From the IMG/VR virus record IMGVR_UViG_3300037483_000594, positions 96,001-160,000 of that record: a DNA stretch of 64,000 nucleotides, one strand, 5' to 3'. The notes beneath the pieces were generated by a model. It saw nothing but the letters and a program-made list of their open reading frames with translations, had not been told where the DNA came from and searched no databases. Source of the DNA: a virus. The stretch's first letter is position 1. Each line of letters starts with the position of its first letter. A program made the translations under genes and the position numbers. Shown one piece after another: positions 54,431 to 63,650 of the stretch.

Positions 54431-55069
54431 ATGGGAAATGGCGCTCCAGCACTACCACCAGGACACTCGCTAGAGACGTTGGCGCAGCGTGCAGCACCGC
54501 AAGACAAGGTGCAAGAGGCGATCGCTGCGATTCGCCAAGCGGGTACACAGCCAGAGGAGGCTCCCCCCGAGCCCAAGGAAGACACAGCGGAGAAGGAGGA
54601 AGAGAAGCAAGACGAACGACTATACGCTAATGACCCGCTACGGAACCATGCGCGGAAACGCCGGCTTGAGAAACTACTGCGCCCGCTGTCGATGACGGAC
54701 ATGGACGACACGTTTGAGTTGCGGCAGCTTGTGCCGACGGAGTCGTTGCGCTTTGAGTTCCGGACCCCTTCGCAAGGAGAGATGGAGCAGGTTCTTCGCC
54801 TGATCACGATGGAGGACGTAGGGGGATCGTACTCAACCAACAAGTACGTGGCTATGGTGGCCGCACTCGCGACCTTGGCTATCGGGAACGTCCGCCTTCC
54901 GGACCATCGCAACGGTGATGGGGACTACACTGCAGAGTCTATCCAGAAAAAGTACGCGCACTTCTGCAAGATCAACCAAAAGGTGGTTGAGGACTGCTGT
55001 GTGCAGTACGCGTGGTTCGACGCTCGTGTTGCCAAGCTGATTGCTGGTGGAGACGTGGGAAATGGTTAG
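54431..55069 (+). CDS. tail assembly chaperone-like protein (pre-frameshift product)
   Basis: GGAGG RBS; ends in G-GGA-AAT slippery site just before the stop. Confidence 0.55.
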   Translation: MGNGAPALPPGHSLETLAQRAAPQDKVQEAIAAIRQAGTQPEEAPPEPKEDTAEKEEEKQDERLYANDPLRNHARKRRLEKLLRPLSMTDMDDTFELRQLVPTESLRFEFRTPSQGEMEQVLRLITMEDVGGSYSTNKYVAMVAALATLAIGNVRLPDHRNGDGDYTAESIQKKYAHFCKINQKVVEDCCVQYAWFDARVAKLIAGGDVGNG

Positions 55070-55530
55070 CGACCCCGTCAGGATGGGCTCGAGCAAATGT
55101 TGCTTACGATGCCCTCCCGCGGCCTCCTCGACGAGGGTCGCTTCTCGAGCTTCTGATGGTCCTTGTACAGATACGACGGGAAGCTGCGGAGATGTTCCAC
55201 TTGCACACCCTTGTCCAGGCGATTCGATCGAAGGACGGGGACACGGAGTTGGTCAAGAAAGCGTACGAAAACTATGTACACGCCCGGGCTCCTTTCCTGA
55301 AGGAGTTTGCGGAGAAGGAAACTGCCGCTGTAAAAGAGCACCTGAAGAGGTGGACCCACCAGGGACCTCTCCGCGTGACAATGGCGAAGGCAGGGAGTGA
55401 TGTCGGTAGTTTGCCCGAAGTGCGGAGCTCCCTATCCGAACTCAGCAGCCGTAATCGGCAACCGGAGCATCGAGTGCGACCACTGCCGCTGGGCGGGGGA
55501 GTCCAAAGACCTCATCAACGTCGAAGGTGA
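55057..55530 (+). CDS. -1 frameshift extension of the upstream chaperone
   Basis: Open -1 frame (GKWLATPSGWARAN...) with no convincing independent start. Confidence 0.55.
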   Translation, partial: GKWLATPSGWARANVAYDALPRPPRRGSLLELLMVLVQIRREAAEMFHLHTLVQAIRSKDGDTELVKKAYENYVHARAPFLKEFAEKETAAVKEHLKRWTHQGPLRVTMAKAGSDVGSLPEVRSSLSELSSRNRQPEHRVRPLPLGGGVQRPHQRRR

Positions 55531-55918
55531 GGTCAAAGACCCGCGCGCCTTCGATGAGCTGCGGCGTTGGTTCGCTGCGGAGATGGGCAGCCCCTTTGCT
55601 CTTTTTTTGCACGAGTACGGCACCCTTCCAGAAAAGGATCTCGTCGCTTTTTTTCAGAGAGCGGCGCGGACGTACCTGGCTGGGCTACTTGAGGGTGTTC
55701 TCGAGCCAGCGTGCCTAGACAACCTCACACCGGTGTACAACACCGCGGCCCTCGCTTTCACCAAGAGCATCACCCCTGAAGTCTTGCAGAAGATGGTGCA
55801 GTTGGGGATTTTCCAGCGGGTGAACGACGCGGACAACCTACGGTTTATAGGATCGGTGTCTGTGCACGGCTTCCGGAAGCTCTGGGAGTTTTTGCACGAG
55901 CAGGAGGAGGCAAATTGA
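55400..55918 (+). CDS. Zn-ribbon hypothetical protein
   Basis: CPKC..CDHC. Confidence 0.55.
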   Translation: MSVVCPKCGAPYPNSAAVIGNRSIECDHCRWAGESKDLINVEGEVKDPRAFDELRRWFAAEMGSPFALFLHEYGTLPEKDLVAFFQRAARTYLAGLLEGVLEPACLDNLTPVYNTAALAFTKSITPEVLQKMVQLGIFQRVNDADNLRFIGSVSVHGFRKLWEFLHEQEEAN

Positions 55919-56223
55919 TTCTCAAGATCACAAGCTTGGTGACCGCTCTCACCCAAGAGGGGGCGGTGCACGCGATGGAGGTAGAGCGTCTTGACGGTGT
56001 GCAGGAGACCCTTCGGATCTCCGCGGACATTCATGACGCGCTAGTGGAGCTTGTTTCACGGCAGGTGCGCGTGGAGCCTGTTCTGCGCCGCAAGACGACC
56101 AATCAGATGTTTCAGCCAGCGCCGCCGGACACGCAGTGGGACCTCGGGTCGCAAGAGAGTTCTGAGCCGTTCAACATCGGTGAGGCGTTGCAGTCCGGGG
56201 TTCTTGGGGTGAGGCAGCTCTAA
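55915..56223 (+). CDS. hypothetical protein
   Basis: GGAGG RBS, TTG start. Confidence 0.5.
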   Translation: MILKITSLVTALTQEGAVHAMEVERLDGVQETLRISADIHDALVELVSRQVRVEPVLRRKTTNQMFQPAPPDTQWDLGSQESSEPFNIGEALQSGVLGVRQL

Positions 56224-56630
56224 TGCACGTGTACGGGTTCATGTGCACGGCCTGCGGGCACCAGACCGCGCTTGAGGAGAAGGTCACCCTCGCCGCCGAG
56301 GCTCTGTTGACCGACATCCTCGCCGGGAAGAACCTGCGCTGTGCGTCGTGCGGACGTCGCCCAGTGTCCTTCCGGCTGTGCTTTGACCCCGTGGCCACGG
56401 CCCCCACGACCGCAGAAGCGGCACTCCAGTCGGTGCACGGGTACGAAGCCACCCCTGTGGAGAAAGACGTTCTCCGGTTTTTCGAGGGTAGCGGTGTCAC
56501 CCCGGCCCTTGTGCTGAGGCACGCGCACCGAGTGCATCTTCAGCAGCTTACGTACAAAGGTCAGGTACTCGTTTTGGGGGAAGACCCCCCGCTCATCAAG
56601 GCAATAGGAGCAGCAAGTGGCACAAGGTAA
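56223..56630 (+). CDS. Zn-binding hypothetical protein
   Basis: CTAC..CASC. Confidence 0.5.
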   Translation: MHVYGFMCTACGHQTALEEKVTLAAEALLTDILAGKNLRCASCGRRPVSFRLCFDPVATAPTTAEAALQSVHGYEATPVEKDVLRFFEGSGVTPALVLRHAHRVHLQQLTYKGQVLVLGEDPPLIKAIGAASGTR

Positions 56631-56958
56631 GGGGTTTGTCCGGTCGCATATGCGTGAGAACATCTCGCCTTCCGACTACGGTCGGTTGGTAGGGGTCAAC
56701 AGGGTTGTGAGCAGCGTGCTGTACAACTATGTTGATTCCAAAGGCAAACGTAGGATAAACCTGGCGTTTATCCTACAGGACGAGACAGTCTTGGAGCTGC
56801 CGACGGATGTGCAACCGAGCTCGGTGACTGCCTCGAACCCAGAGTTGGCCAAGGCTATCTTGGCCAAGGTGGCGTCGTTCTCGATTCAAGAGGTGGCTAA
56901 GCCGATCCCGGTGAAGCGTGGCCGACCCAAGAAGGAAGAAGAGAGTGGCACTCCCTAA
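56617..56958 (+). CDS. hypothetical protein with AT-hook-like tail
   Basis: KRGRPKK. Confidence 0.5.
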   Translation: MAQGKGFVRSHMRENISPSDYGRLVGVNRVVSSVLYNYVDSKGKRRINLAFILQDETVLELPTDVQPSSVTASNPELAKAILAKVASFSIQEVAKPIPVKRGRPKKEEESGTP

Positions 56959-57268
56959 CCTACGGCTGTTCGGCGGGCGGGTGCTCGTGCAGCTCGTGCG
57001 TGACGAGGACATCGCACAACTGCTCGGAAACTCCACTGTGCTGGTGGTGCCCAACAAGGGCTACGCACTCGCGAAAGTGCTGCTGGTCGGCCCCGGGGTC
57101 CGGAAGGGGACGGCGGTTGTTCCTGTGGACGTTGCCCCCGGGGACCGAGTTGTCATAGCGCCACAGTGGGTAAAAACGAAACAGGCCTGGATACTCGGGG
57201 AGGTGTTTGGCGACCACGACACGGTCATCATCCAAGCGGAGGACATCCTGTGCGTGATCGACGAGTAG
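56945..57268 (+). CDS. GroES-like co-chaperonin
   Basis: LRLFGGRVLV..AKVLLVGPG..VDVAPGDRVV..IIQAEDILCVI. Confidence 0.8.
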   Translation: MALPNLRLFGGRVLVQLVRDEDIAQLLGNSTVLVVPNKGYALAKVLLVGPGVRKGTAVVPVDVAPGDRVVIAPQWVKTKQAWILGEVFGDHDTVIIQAEDILCVIDE

Positions 57269-57443
57269 GCCGGCTGTCACAGCACCCGTATCGGACGTGG
57301 GGAAGGCTGAGTTGTCGGATAGACCCGCAGCTCCACCAGTGGCTCAGCGACCACTCGGTGGACAAAGGCACCCCGATACGAGAACTCGTGGAGACCTTGT
57401 TGTACGCGTACCAAAAGCAGTGTGTGCGTGAAGGAGGACAACT

Positions 57444-57956
57444 GTGACCACGCGAACGATCACACGCGTTTTCAACCTGCCCCCCGGGGCCGACGCAGAG
57501 TACGTGGCGCACGTCGTTCAAGACATCATCTCCGCCGCCATCAGCACCGAGCGCATCATCTGCGAGTTCACGGAAGGACCTCCGCGCATCGAGGCGACCA
57601 TCCAGCTCCCGGCGTCTCCTGAGGCGGACCCGAACCCATCGACGATGTGGTCGCTGTGGGACAGGCTCAAGAACACCGTACAGCTCACCGAGCTGGGCGA
57701 TGAGGATGGTATCAACATCAACCGGTTGGTCTCAGCGTTCTTGTTTCTGCAGGAGAAGCGCCTGGTACCCACCGGGGTTCTTGTCACCGACAGAGCTGCC
57801 TTCGCCAAGCATGTTGGCGTCTCCGCCGAAGCGTACTTTCTGGGGGTGCCTGTTTTTGAAATAGCTGAACTTCCGGTGGCGGTCGTCGTTGTCGGCGGGA
57901 GCTCCGGGTCGATCCCACTCCAAGACAGCAGCCTTGGAGTCATAGTGAGGGAGTGA
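57444..57956 (+). CDS. hypothetical protein
   Basis: AAGGAGG RBS. Confidence 0.55.
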   Translation: MTTRTITRVFNLPPGADAEYVAHVVQDIISAAISTERIICEFTEGPPRIEATIQLPASPEADPNPSTMWSLWDRLKNTVQLTELGDEDGININRLVSAFLFLQEKRLVPTGVLVTDRAAFAKHVGVSAEAYFLGVPVFEIAELPVAVVVVGGSSGSIPLQDSSLGVIVRE

Positions 57957-58158
57957 TGGAAACACATACGGTAGACCAAATCGTTCGGACACCCAGCAAG
58001 GTTCGCCACTTCCTGCGGAACGTGGACTGCGGGACGTCCCCAGTTTTTATGATGGCTGTGTCGGACAGTGGGCTGGAAGTCGTAAGCCAGTACAGAGAGT
58101 CTCACCTGCGTATGAACGTGGAGTGGGACGACCTCCACGAACTCTTCCGGAGGCGGTA

Positions 58159-58638
58159 ATGGAACACGTAGAAGCACTTTGTGCTGCGCTCGAGACCCTT
58201 GACGTGGTGGTGCGCAGCAAGGACGTCTCGGAAACCACCTTTACCGCGTTGCTCCGTGTCCCCGAGGGGGGAAACGACCCGCGGGGGGTAGAGTACACGG
58301 TTTGGCACGAGCTGGTGCACTCCATCATCTCCGCGGCCAGCACAGCGACCTGGGAACAGCACATCTGCCGAAAGAGCGCCATCGAAAACGGTGTGTACGG
58401 GTACGTGTGGCACTTCATGCTCTACGCCGCGACCGAGGACGAGTTTGTCGAGGCGCTACAGACCGTGACAGGCCTGGCCACCAAGACCGAAGAGCCTGCC
58501 GTGCGGCTGGAGAGTGTGCCCCTCATAGGCGGTGCTGGGCGTAACGTGCCAAAGGACAGGATGGGGAAAGCCCCGCACGGTGGGTCAAAGCTGCTGGTGG
58601 GTGGGTCACGGGGAGCGGAATACGGAGCCACGAAGTGA
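58159..58638 (+). CDS. hypothetical protein
   Basis: GGAGG RBS, TAATG coupling. Confidence 0.55.
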   Translation: MEHVEALCAALETLDVVVRSKDVSETTFTALLRVPEGGNDPRGVEYTVWHELVHSIISAASTATWEQHICRKSAIENGVYGYVWHFMLYAATEDEFVEALQTVTGLATKTEEPAVRLESVPLIGGAGRNVPKDRMGKAPHGGSKLLVGGSRGAEYGATK

Positions 58639-59315
58639 CGAAGCAAGCGTCTCGAGCAGACCTAGAGCTGCCTTATCTCGCGTCTCCGCTTGAGTCTCCG
58701 GAACTCGCGGCGCTTGAGGCCAAGCGCCAAGAGCTGCGCCAACGGGTGCAGCTCGCCGCGGTTGAGAGCTTGCGCGCGCAGCACCTCGTAGAAGTGCACT
58801 TCGGGGAGGAGCGGAGCGCGTTCAAGCCTTACGTCGGGGTCGTGGTGACACTGACCAGGGCGAGGCTGGAAAACGGAGAGGACGTGTTCGGAGGAGGGGC
58901 CTTGACCTCCCTGTACCCTTGCCCGGACGACCACTGCCCTCAGTTCATCCACCCCAGCCTGGTTTCCCCCACCCTGGGGGTCACGGTGTGCCCTCGTTGC
59001 CAGCGGCAATGGCCTGTCCGGGACATGAGTTGTGAGCGTGGGTTCAGGCTTACCACCCAGAACTGGGCGTTTGTCTTGGCGCGCATTGTTCTGCGTGCTG
59101 AACTCAACACTGACATCCGGGTGAACTACACGCCCAAAAACCTCATCAAAGCCACCTTGCTGTCGCGGGAGCGCGGAAAGCTCTCTCATGGGGACGAGGT
59201 GAACGCAGTGCGCGCGTCTTTGAAGGCCGTGGTCTACCCCATGTCCAGGTTGCTCACCGACCTGAGTTCTGGGGCAGAGCTCGAGACCTGTCTCCGCGCG
59301 TTTTTGGAGGCGTGA
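58635..59315 (+). CDS. Zn-binding hypothetical protein
   Basis: CPDDHC..CPRC. Confidence 0.55.
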   Translation: MTKQASRADLELPYLASPLESPELAALEAKRQELRQRVQLAAVESLRAQHLVEVHFGEERSAFKPYVGVVVTLTRARLENGEDVFGGGALTSLYPCPDDHCPQFIHPSLVSPTLGVTVCPRCQRQWPVRDMSCERGFRLTTQNWAFVLARIVLRAELNTDIRVNYTPKNLIKATLLSRERGKLSHGDEVNAVRASLKAVVYPMSRLLTDLSSGAELETCLRAFLEA

Positions 59316-59733
59316 TGGAAAGCGCAACCTTGGGGCAGCTCATGGACAAGATCGGGGATCTGCGCGCCACGGCGTCCCTGTGGGAGTCCGTGCTCACCTT
59401 TTTGCAAACCGAGGCAGCTGGGTTCCCAGCGGCGCAGTTAGCCGTGGTCGTGAACAAGGTCGAGGCTGAGAGGCAGGCTGTGCAAGACGAGATCACAAGG
59501 CTCAGAGGGTTGGTGTACCGTGGATGAAGGAAATGTGCTGAACTCCATTGCGATACAGTTCTTGAAGTCGGAGGTGACGCTGGACATTCTTGTCCGTGCG
59601 GGGCTGACCACCTACGACGAGTACGCGACGCTTCTTGCTGCCAAGAAGGAGCTGTTGCAAGGGCTTTCTCGTCAGACGCACCTCGAGAAAGACAAGGTAG
59701 AGGCACCGCGTGTGTTCGTGCTCGAGGCACCCC

Positions 59734-60339
59734 ATGAAAAAGGCTAAGAACGTAGTGCTGATCGTTGTGACCTGCGTGGCTGTGACAGGAGCGGTGGCAC
59801 TGACCGTGTTCGCTGTGCTGCGACAACCTTCTGCCTCCCCTCTCCGGGTCTGTCCGGTGGAGGGGCGCCCCTCTCCTATCAGTGACGAGTGCCCCGAGCT
59901 CGTCCGGAAGAGCACCGCTTTCCCGCTGTCGGTGCGGGCCAACGTCCCCCCAGACTCGTCCGAGTTCAAGACACTGCGGTCGGCCTGCGCGACAGTGAAC
60001 CGCGTGAAAGCGGTGCTCACGCTGTTCGACACGGAGGTCGAATCTCCGGATGTGGATGTGCTCTTTCGGGAGCCTCACGACCCCGACGCCTTCTCCGCGA
60101 CCGAGACCACCTCCTTCATGCGGCGTGGTGAGCGCTGGCTGGTCACGATCCGGGTCGGAAACACGCCCGATGACACTGTCCTGTACGTCGTTCTTGTGCA
60201 CGCCCTAGGGCACGCGCTTAGCCTACGGCACAGCACAGACCAGTCCTCGTTCATGTACCCCACCGTCGACCCTGAGCTAGAACCACCGTTTTTGCCGCGC
60301 TTTACTGACCCCGAGACAGCCCTCCTGCAAAGTCTGTAA
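59734..60339 (+). CDS. membrane-anchored matrixin-like (metzincin) protein lacking the catalytic Glu
   Basis: N-terminal TM helix; HALGHALSLRH and Met-turn SFMYP. Confidence 0.7.
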   Translation: MKKAKNVVLIVVTCVAVTGAVALTVFAVLRQPSASPLRVCPVEGRPSPISDECPELVRKSTAFPLSVRANVPPDSSEFKTLRSACATVNRVKAVLTLFDTEVESPDVDVLFREPHDPDAFSATETTSFMRRGERWLVTIRVGNTPDDTVLYVVLVHALGHALSLRHSTDQSSFMYPTVDPELEPPFLPRFTDPETALLQSL

Positions 60340-60600
60340 TTCTTCACGTTTGGCGGCAGTCAGTAACCTTGTATAGTTGAACTATGACCGATGAAGAAAC
60401 TGCGCAGGTTGCTAAGTTGCTAACTCTGCTCGAGGAGAATCTGCTCCGGAAAGTGGAGGCCCAGGTCACTGCTCTCCTAAAGCCGTTAAGTGATGAGCTG
60501 CGTTTGACGCGGCGGGCCATCGCGTCACAGGGTAAGCACGTCGGAGAGCTTCTTAGCGTCGTGGACAAGTGCGTCATGTGTACGCGTGCGGAGGGTGAAA

Positions 60601-61341
60601 ATGAATGAAAAGGAGAAGGCTTCCCGGGCGGCCCGCACGGAGTTCCAGACTCCGAGACCCAAAGACATCCCTCCGGAGGGGGGTGCACTCGCTGCGTACC
60701 TGCGCACCATAGAACGACTCGACAGCCAGGGCAGGCACCACGGGCAAGCGCTAGAGCGGATAGAGGCGACGCTAGACGCGCAGAGCGCGCTTCTCAAAGA
60801 GGTGCGTGTGCCGCACGTCTGCTTGAAAGAGGATACGTTCTACGATGTCAAGGACGACCTCAAGACGGTTGGGGCGACGCTGGCCACAGTCTCCGACGCC
60901 CTTAGCCAGACGCACAGCTCGATCACCGTGCTCGCTAACTCGGTCGAGGAGTTTGAAAAAAAAGAGAATGGGCGTCGTGGATTTCTTATCGCCATATTCC
61001 TTACGGTACTGCTGGCCGTGGTCACCGGGGTCTTCTACCTCGGGGGGTTGAACGAGCGTGTGAAGGCTGGGTCGGGTGCGGTCGAACTCGCCCGGCAAGT
61101 GGACGGCAAACTGCAGCGGCTTCAAGACAGCTTTTCAAGGATCGAAGGCGAGCGGGAGAAGGTTCGTCCGCTCGACAAAGAGGTGGTGCAGGCCCTGCGT
61201 GCTATCCGGCCTTCTCAGAATTTCTGCCAGAGTCTTGCGCCGATCATCCAGCGGATAAAGCAGCGGGTGGCCAAGGAAGACCTGCCGAACTGCCCGCAGT
61301 TTGTGGAGGAAAATGAGAAGTCTTCTACTGAGGGTGACTGA
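60601..61341 (+). CDS. coiled-coil membrane protein (holin/spanin-like?)
   Basis: Single TM helix FLIAIFLTVLLAVVTGVFYLG between coiled coils. Confidence 0.45.
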   Translation: MNEKEKASRAARTEFQTPRPKDIPPEGGALAAYLRTIERLDSQGRHHGQALERIEATLDAQSALLKEVRVPHVCLKEDTFYDVKDDLKTVGATLATVSDALSQTHSSITVLANSVEEFEKKENGRRGFLIAIFLTVLLAVVTGVFYLGGLNERVKAGSGAVELARQVDGKLQRLQDSFSRIEGEREKVRPLDKEVVQALRAIRPSQNFCQSLAPIIQRIKQRVAKEDLPNCPQFVEENEKSSTEGD

Positions 61342-62233
61342 CCCCGACGCCCTGCTCTTGGAGTTCTCCGCGATTGAGATCCTGCGGGGTGAGGTGGGAG
61401 CTCCGTTTTTCCCGATTACTGCCCCTGCCGCGGAGCCGGGGCAAGTGGAGTGTTCGGCTGGCCCGTACGACGTTGGTGGGCTGACCCTCTCGCTCGCGGT
61501 CGATGCGGGGGCGACCCAGCACGTGCTCCTGACGTCCCACGATCCGGTTACCGCCGCCGATCTCGCGGACGAGGTGAACACGAAGTTCACGGGGATGGCA
61601 GCCTCGGCGGTCGGGGACACCCTTGTGTTGGCTAGCGCCACCATAGGCACTGGCTCGAAACTGACGGTGGTGACAGGCACGTCCCTTTCCGCACTTGGGT
61701 TGACTGTCGGCGATCACTTTGGGAAAGCGGCGCACCTTCCGCTGGTCACTATGGTCTACGACTACACCCTTGAAGACACGCTCGGAGGGGCTACGCACTC
61801 CTACGTGGCCCGCGCCACAAACGCGGAGGGTGGAGTTGGGGGCACGTACATACCGGTGTACGACGAGGCAAACCTGGCAGTGGACCCAGGTGACCTAGCG
61901 CTGCTCACCGTGGACCTCGCCTCGGTCAACGGTGTGGCCGCTGCCGGCCAGCGGGTCGCCCTTTCCCTGGCCAACCCCGCCGCTGTAACGGTTGTCTCCG
62001 GACTGATGGTCGGCAACGAGCCCCCCGTGCTCCTGACCACCGACGAGTTCGGACACGCGGAGACGCTGGTCGTGAAAGGCATCACCGTGGACGTGCACGT
62101 CTCCGGGACAAGCCTTGCTCGCCGGATCACCGTTCCCTCCGCAGACTTTGCCCTGGGAGACGCTGTGGCCACTGCCGAAGACCTGTTCCAAATCCACGTG
62201 CTAGCGCTCCCTGCCGCCCCCCACCACACATGA
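61313..62233 (+). CDS. virion structural protein
   Basis: TAADLADEVN..LVLASATIGTGSKLTV..GTSLSALGL module shared with the sheath. Confidence 0.5.
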   Translation: MRSLLLRVTDPDALLLEFSAIEILRGEVGAPFFPITAPAAEPGQVECSAGPYDVGGLTLSLAVDAGATQHVLLTSHDPVTAADLADEVNTKFTGMAASAVGDTLVLASATIGTGSKLTVVTGTSLSALGLTVGDHFGKAAHLPLVTMVYDYTLEDTLGGATHSYVARATNAEGGVGGTYIPVYDEANLAVDPGDLALLTVDLASVNGVAAAGQRVALSLANPAAVTVVSGLMVGNEPPVLLTTDEFGHAETLVVKGITVDVHVSGTSLARRITVPSADFALGDAVATAEDLFQIHVLALPAAPHHT

Positions 62234-62276
62234 ATTGATCAGGGTGTATGCTGGTATAAGAGGAGGTACCATTTAG

Positions 62277-63128
62277 ATGGATACGAAAGCACTGGTGAGA
62301 GATGTGTCGTTGGGGGCGTGGGTCGATATCCCCAAGAGAAAGATCCTCACGCCGAAGTTCGTCGAGCATTACGCGTCGCTGAACTTCGACATGATGGCGG
62401 TTATGATTGACCAGTCGGACAGCGACCCCACCCTCAGCTTTAGCCCGAAGGACGTGGAAGTGCTCTCCGCGCTTCTGGACCCTTTTGCTATCGAGCTGGT
62501 GCTGACCACCTGGGCTTACCCGCGTCGCGGGCAGATCGATGCCCTGTGCCGACAGATGCGTGAGCTGATGCGTGCTGGGCCCGTGGTGGGCTGGGAGAAC
62601 GACGTGGAGTTCAACTGGAACTCCCGGGTGGCGGTCGTGGGGTTCCCCTCTCTGGACGCTGCGGGAGACTACCTGATAGAGCAGGTAACCGCTGTGTGCA
62701 AGGAGCAGGACGCTCGAGCGGAGTTCACCACGTTCACCGAACACGCGGAGAACTCGGCACGTGCTGACGTGACACCCCACGCAGACCGTATCAGCCTGCA
62801 GGCCTACTCAGTGAGCTCTCGCAAAGACAGCGAGGGGCGCAGCCGCCCGGTGGCCTGGTCCGGCAACGAGGGCCCCGGGAAGATGCAGGTGCGCACCCTG
62901 GACAGAGCCGCCCTGATCCCGGGGATCGCGGACGGGCAGCCACAGGTGTGCGTGGGGCTGGCCTCTTACCTTCAGAACTTTCCAGGGCACTCGGTAGACG
63001 AGGCCATGCGCTTGGCGGTGCACACCGCCTGCTCCCACAAGGTCCCGGTGGTAGAGCTGCGCTGGTGGTCCATAAAGCACATCCTCGACAACAGCACCTA
63101 CGAAGACTTCTTCCGAAGTCTCCGCTAA
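62277..63128 (+). CDS. putative TIM-barrel glycoside hydrolase-like protein
   Basis: Alternating beta/alpha pattern with WAYP, WENDVE, LQAY, RWWS; TGGTATAAG and AGGAGG upstream. Confidence 0.35.
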   Translation: MDTKALVRDVSLGAWVDIPKRKILTPKFVEHYASLNFDMMAVMIDQSDSDPTLSFSPKDVEVLSALLDPFAIELVLTTWAYPRRGQIDALCRQMRELMRAGPVVGWENDVEFNWNSRVAVVGFPSLDAAGDYLIEQVTAVCKEQDARAEFTTFTEHAENSARADVTPHADRISLQAYSVSSRKDSEGRSRPVAWSGNEGPGKMQVRTLDRAALIPGIADGQPQVCVGLASYLQNFPGHSVDEAMRLAVHTACSHKVPVVELRWWSIKHILDNSTYEDFFRSLR

Positions 63129-63143
63129 CCAAAAGGAGAGAAA

Positions 63144-63650
63144 ATGCTACGAAGGCGCAAGGCGTCATGGGAGAGGTGTCACCCGGCGGTGAGCAGGAGG
63201 CAGCCTTTCGGGCTGCTGTGCAGCAACCCGGTGTTGGACGCGCTCACGGCAGAAGCGGCCCTTGCCGCCGTGTGTCTGCGTGAGTGCGCCCGAAGCGGGC
63301 TTATCCACTGCCCTGGGTGTGATCTGCCGATCAGCCCCGCAGACCTGCTGGGGCCAGCGGCTGCCGGGAGCCTGCTGCTGGGTGCTGTGCCGGGCCACCC
63401 GTTCTGCGGCGTGGTCCCGGAACCGCTGGCCCCCGACTACTGGAAGCGTGAAAACGCAAAGGAGGTGAAGCGGTGCAAAGCCGCCGCGGAAGACAGCTAC
63501 TTCGAGTGGGTGGAGTCCCGCACAGACAAAGACTGTCTGAGCTACTGCCCCGTGTGTGACAGGCCGTTTGACCCCCTAACACCACATGCCATGGCGTGCT
63601 TTTTAAACGGTGGGGTGCCTGGGCATCCCTGCAGACTGGAGGAGCAATGA
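63144..63650 (+). CDS. hypothetical protein with a duplicated Cys/His module
   Basis: CPGCDLPISP..GAVPGHPFC and CPVCDRPFDP..GGVPGHPC. Confidence 0.5.
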   Translation: MLRRRKASWERCHPAVSRRQPFGLLCSNPVLDALTAEAALAAVCLRECARSGLIHCPGCDLPISPADLLGPAAAGSLLLGAVPGHPFCGVVPEPLAPDYWKRENAKEVKRCKAAAEDSYFEWVESRTDKDCLSYCPVCDRPFDPLTPHAMACFLNGGVPGHPCRLEEQ

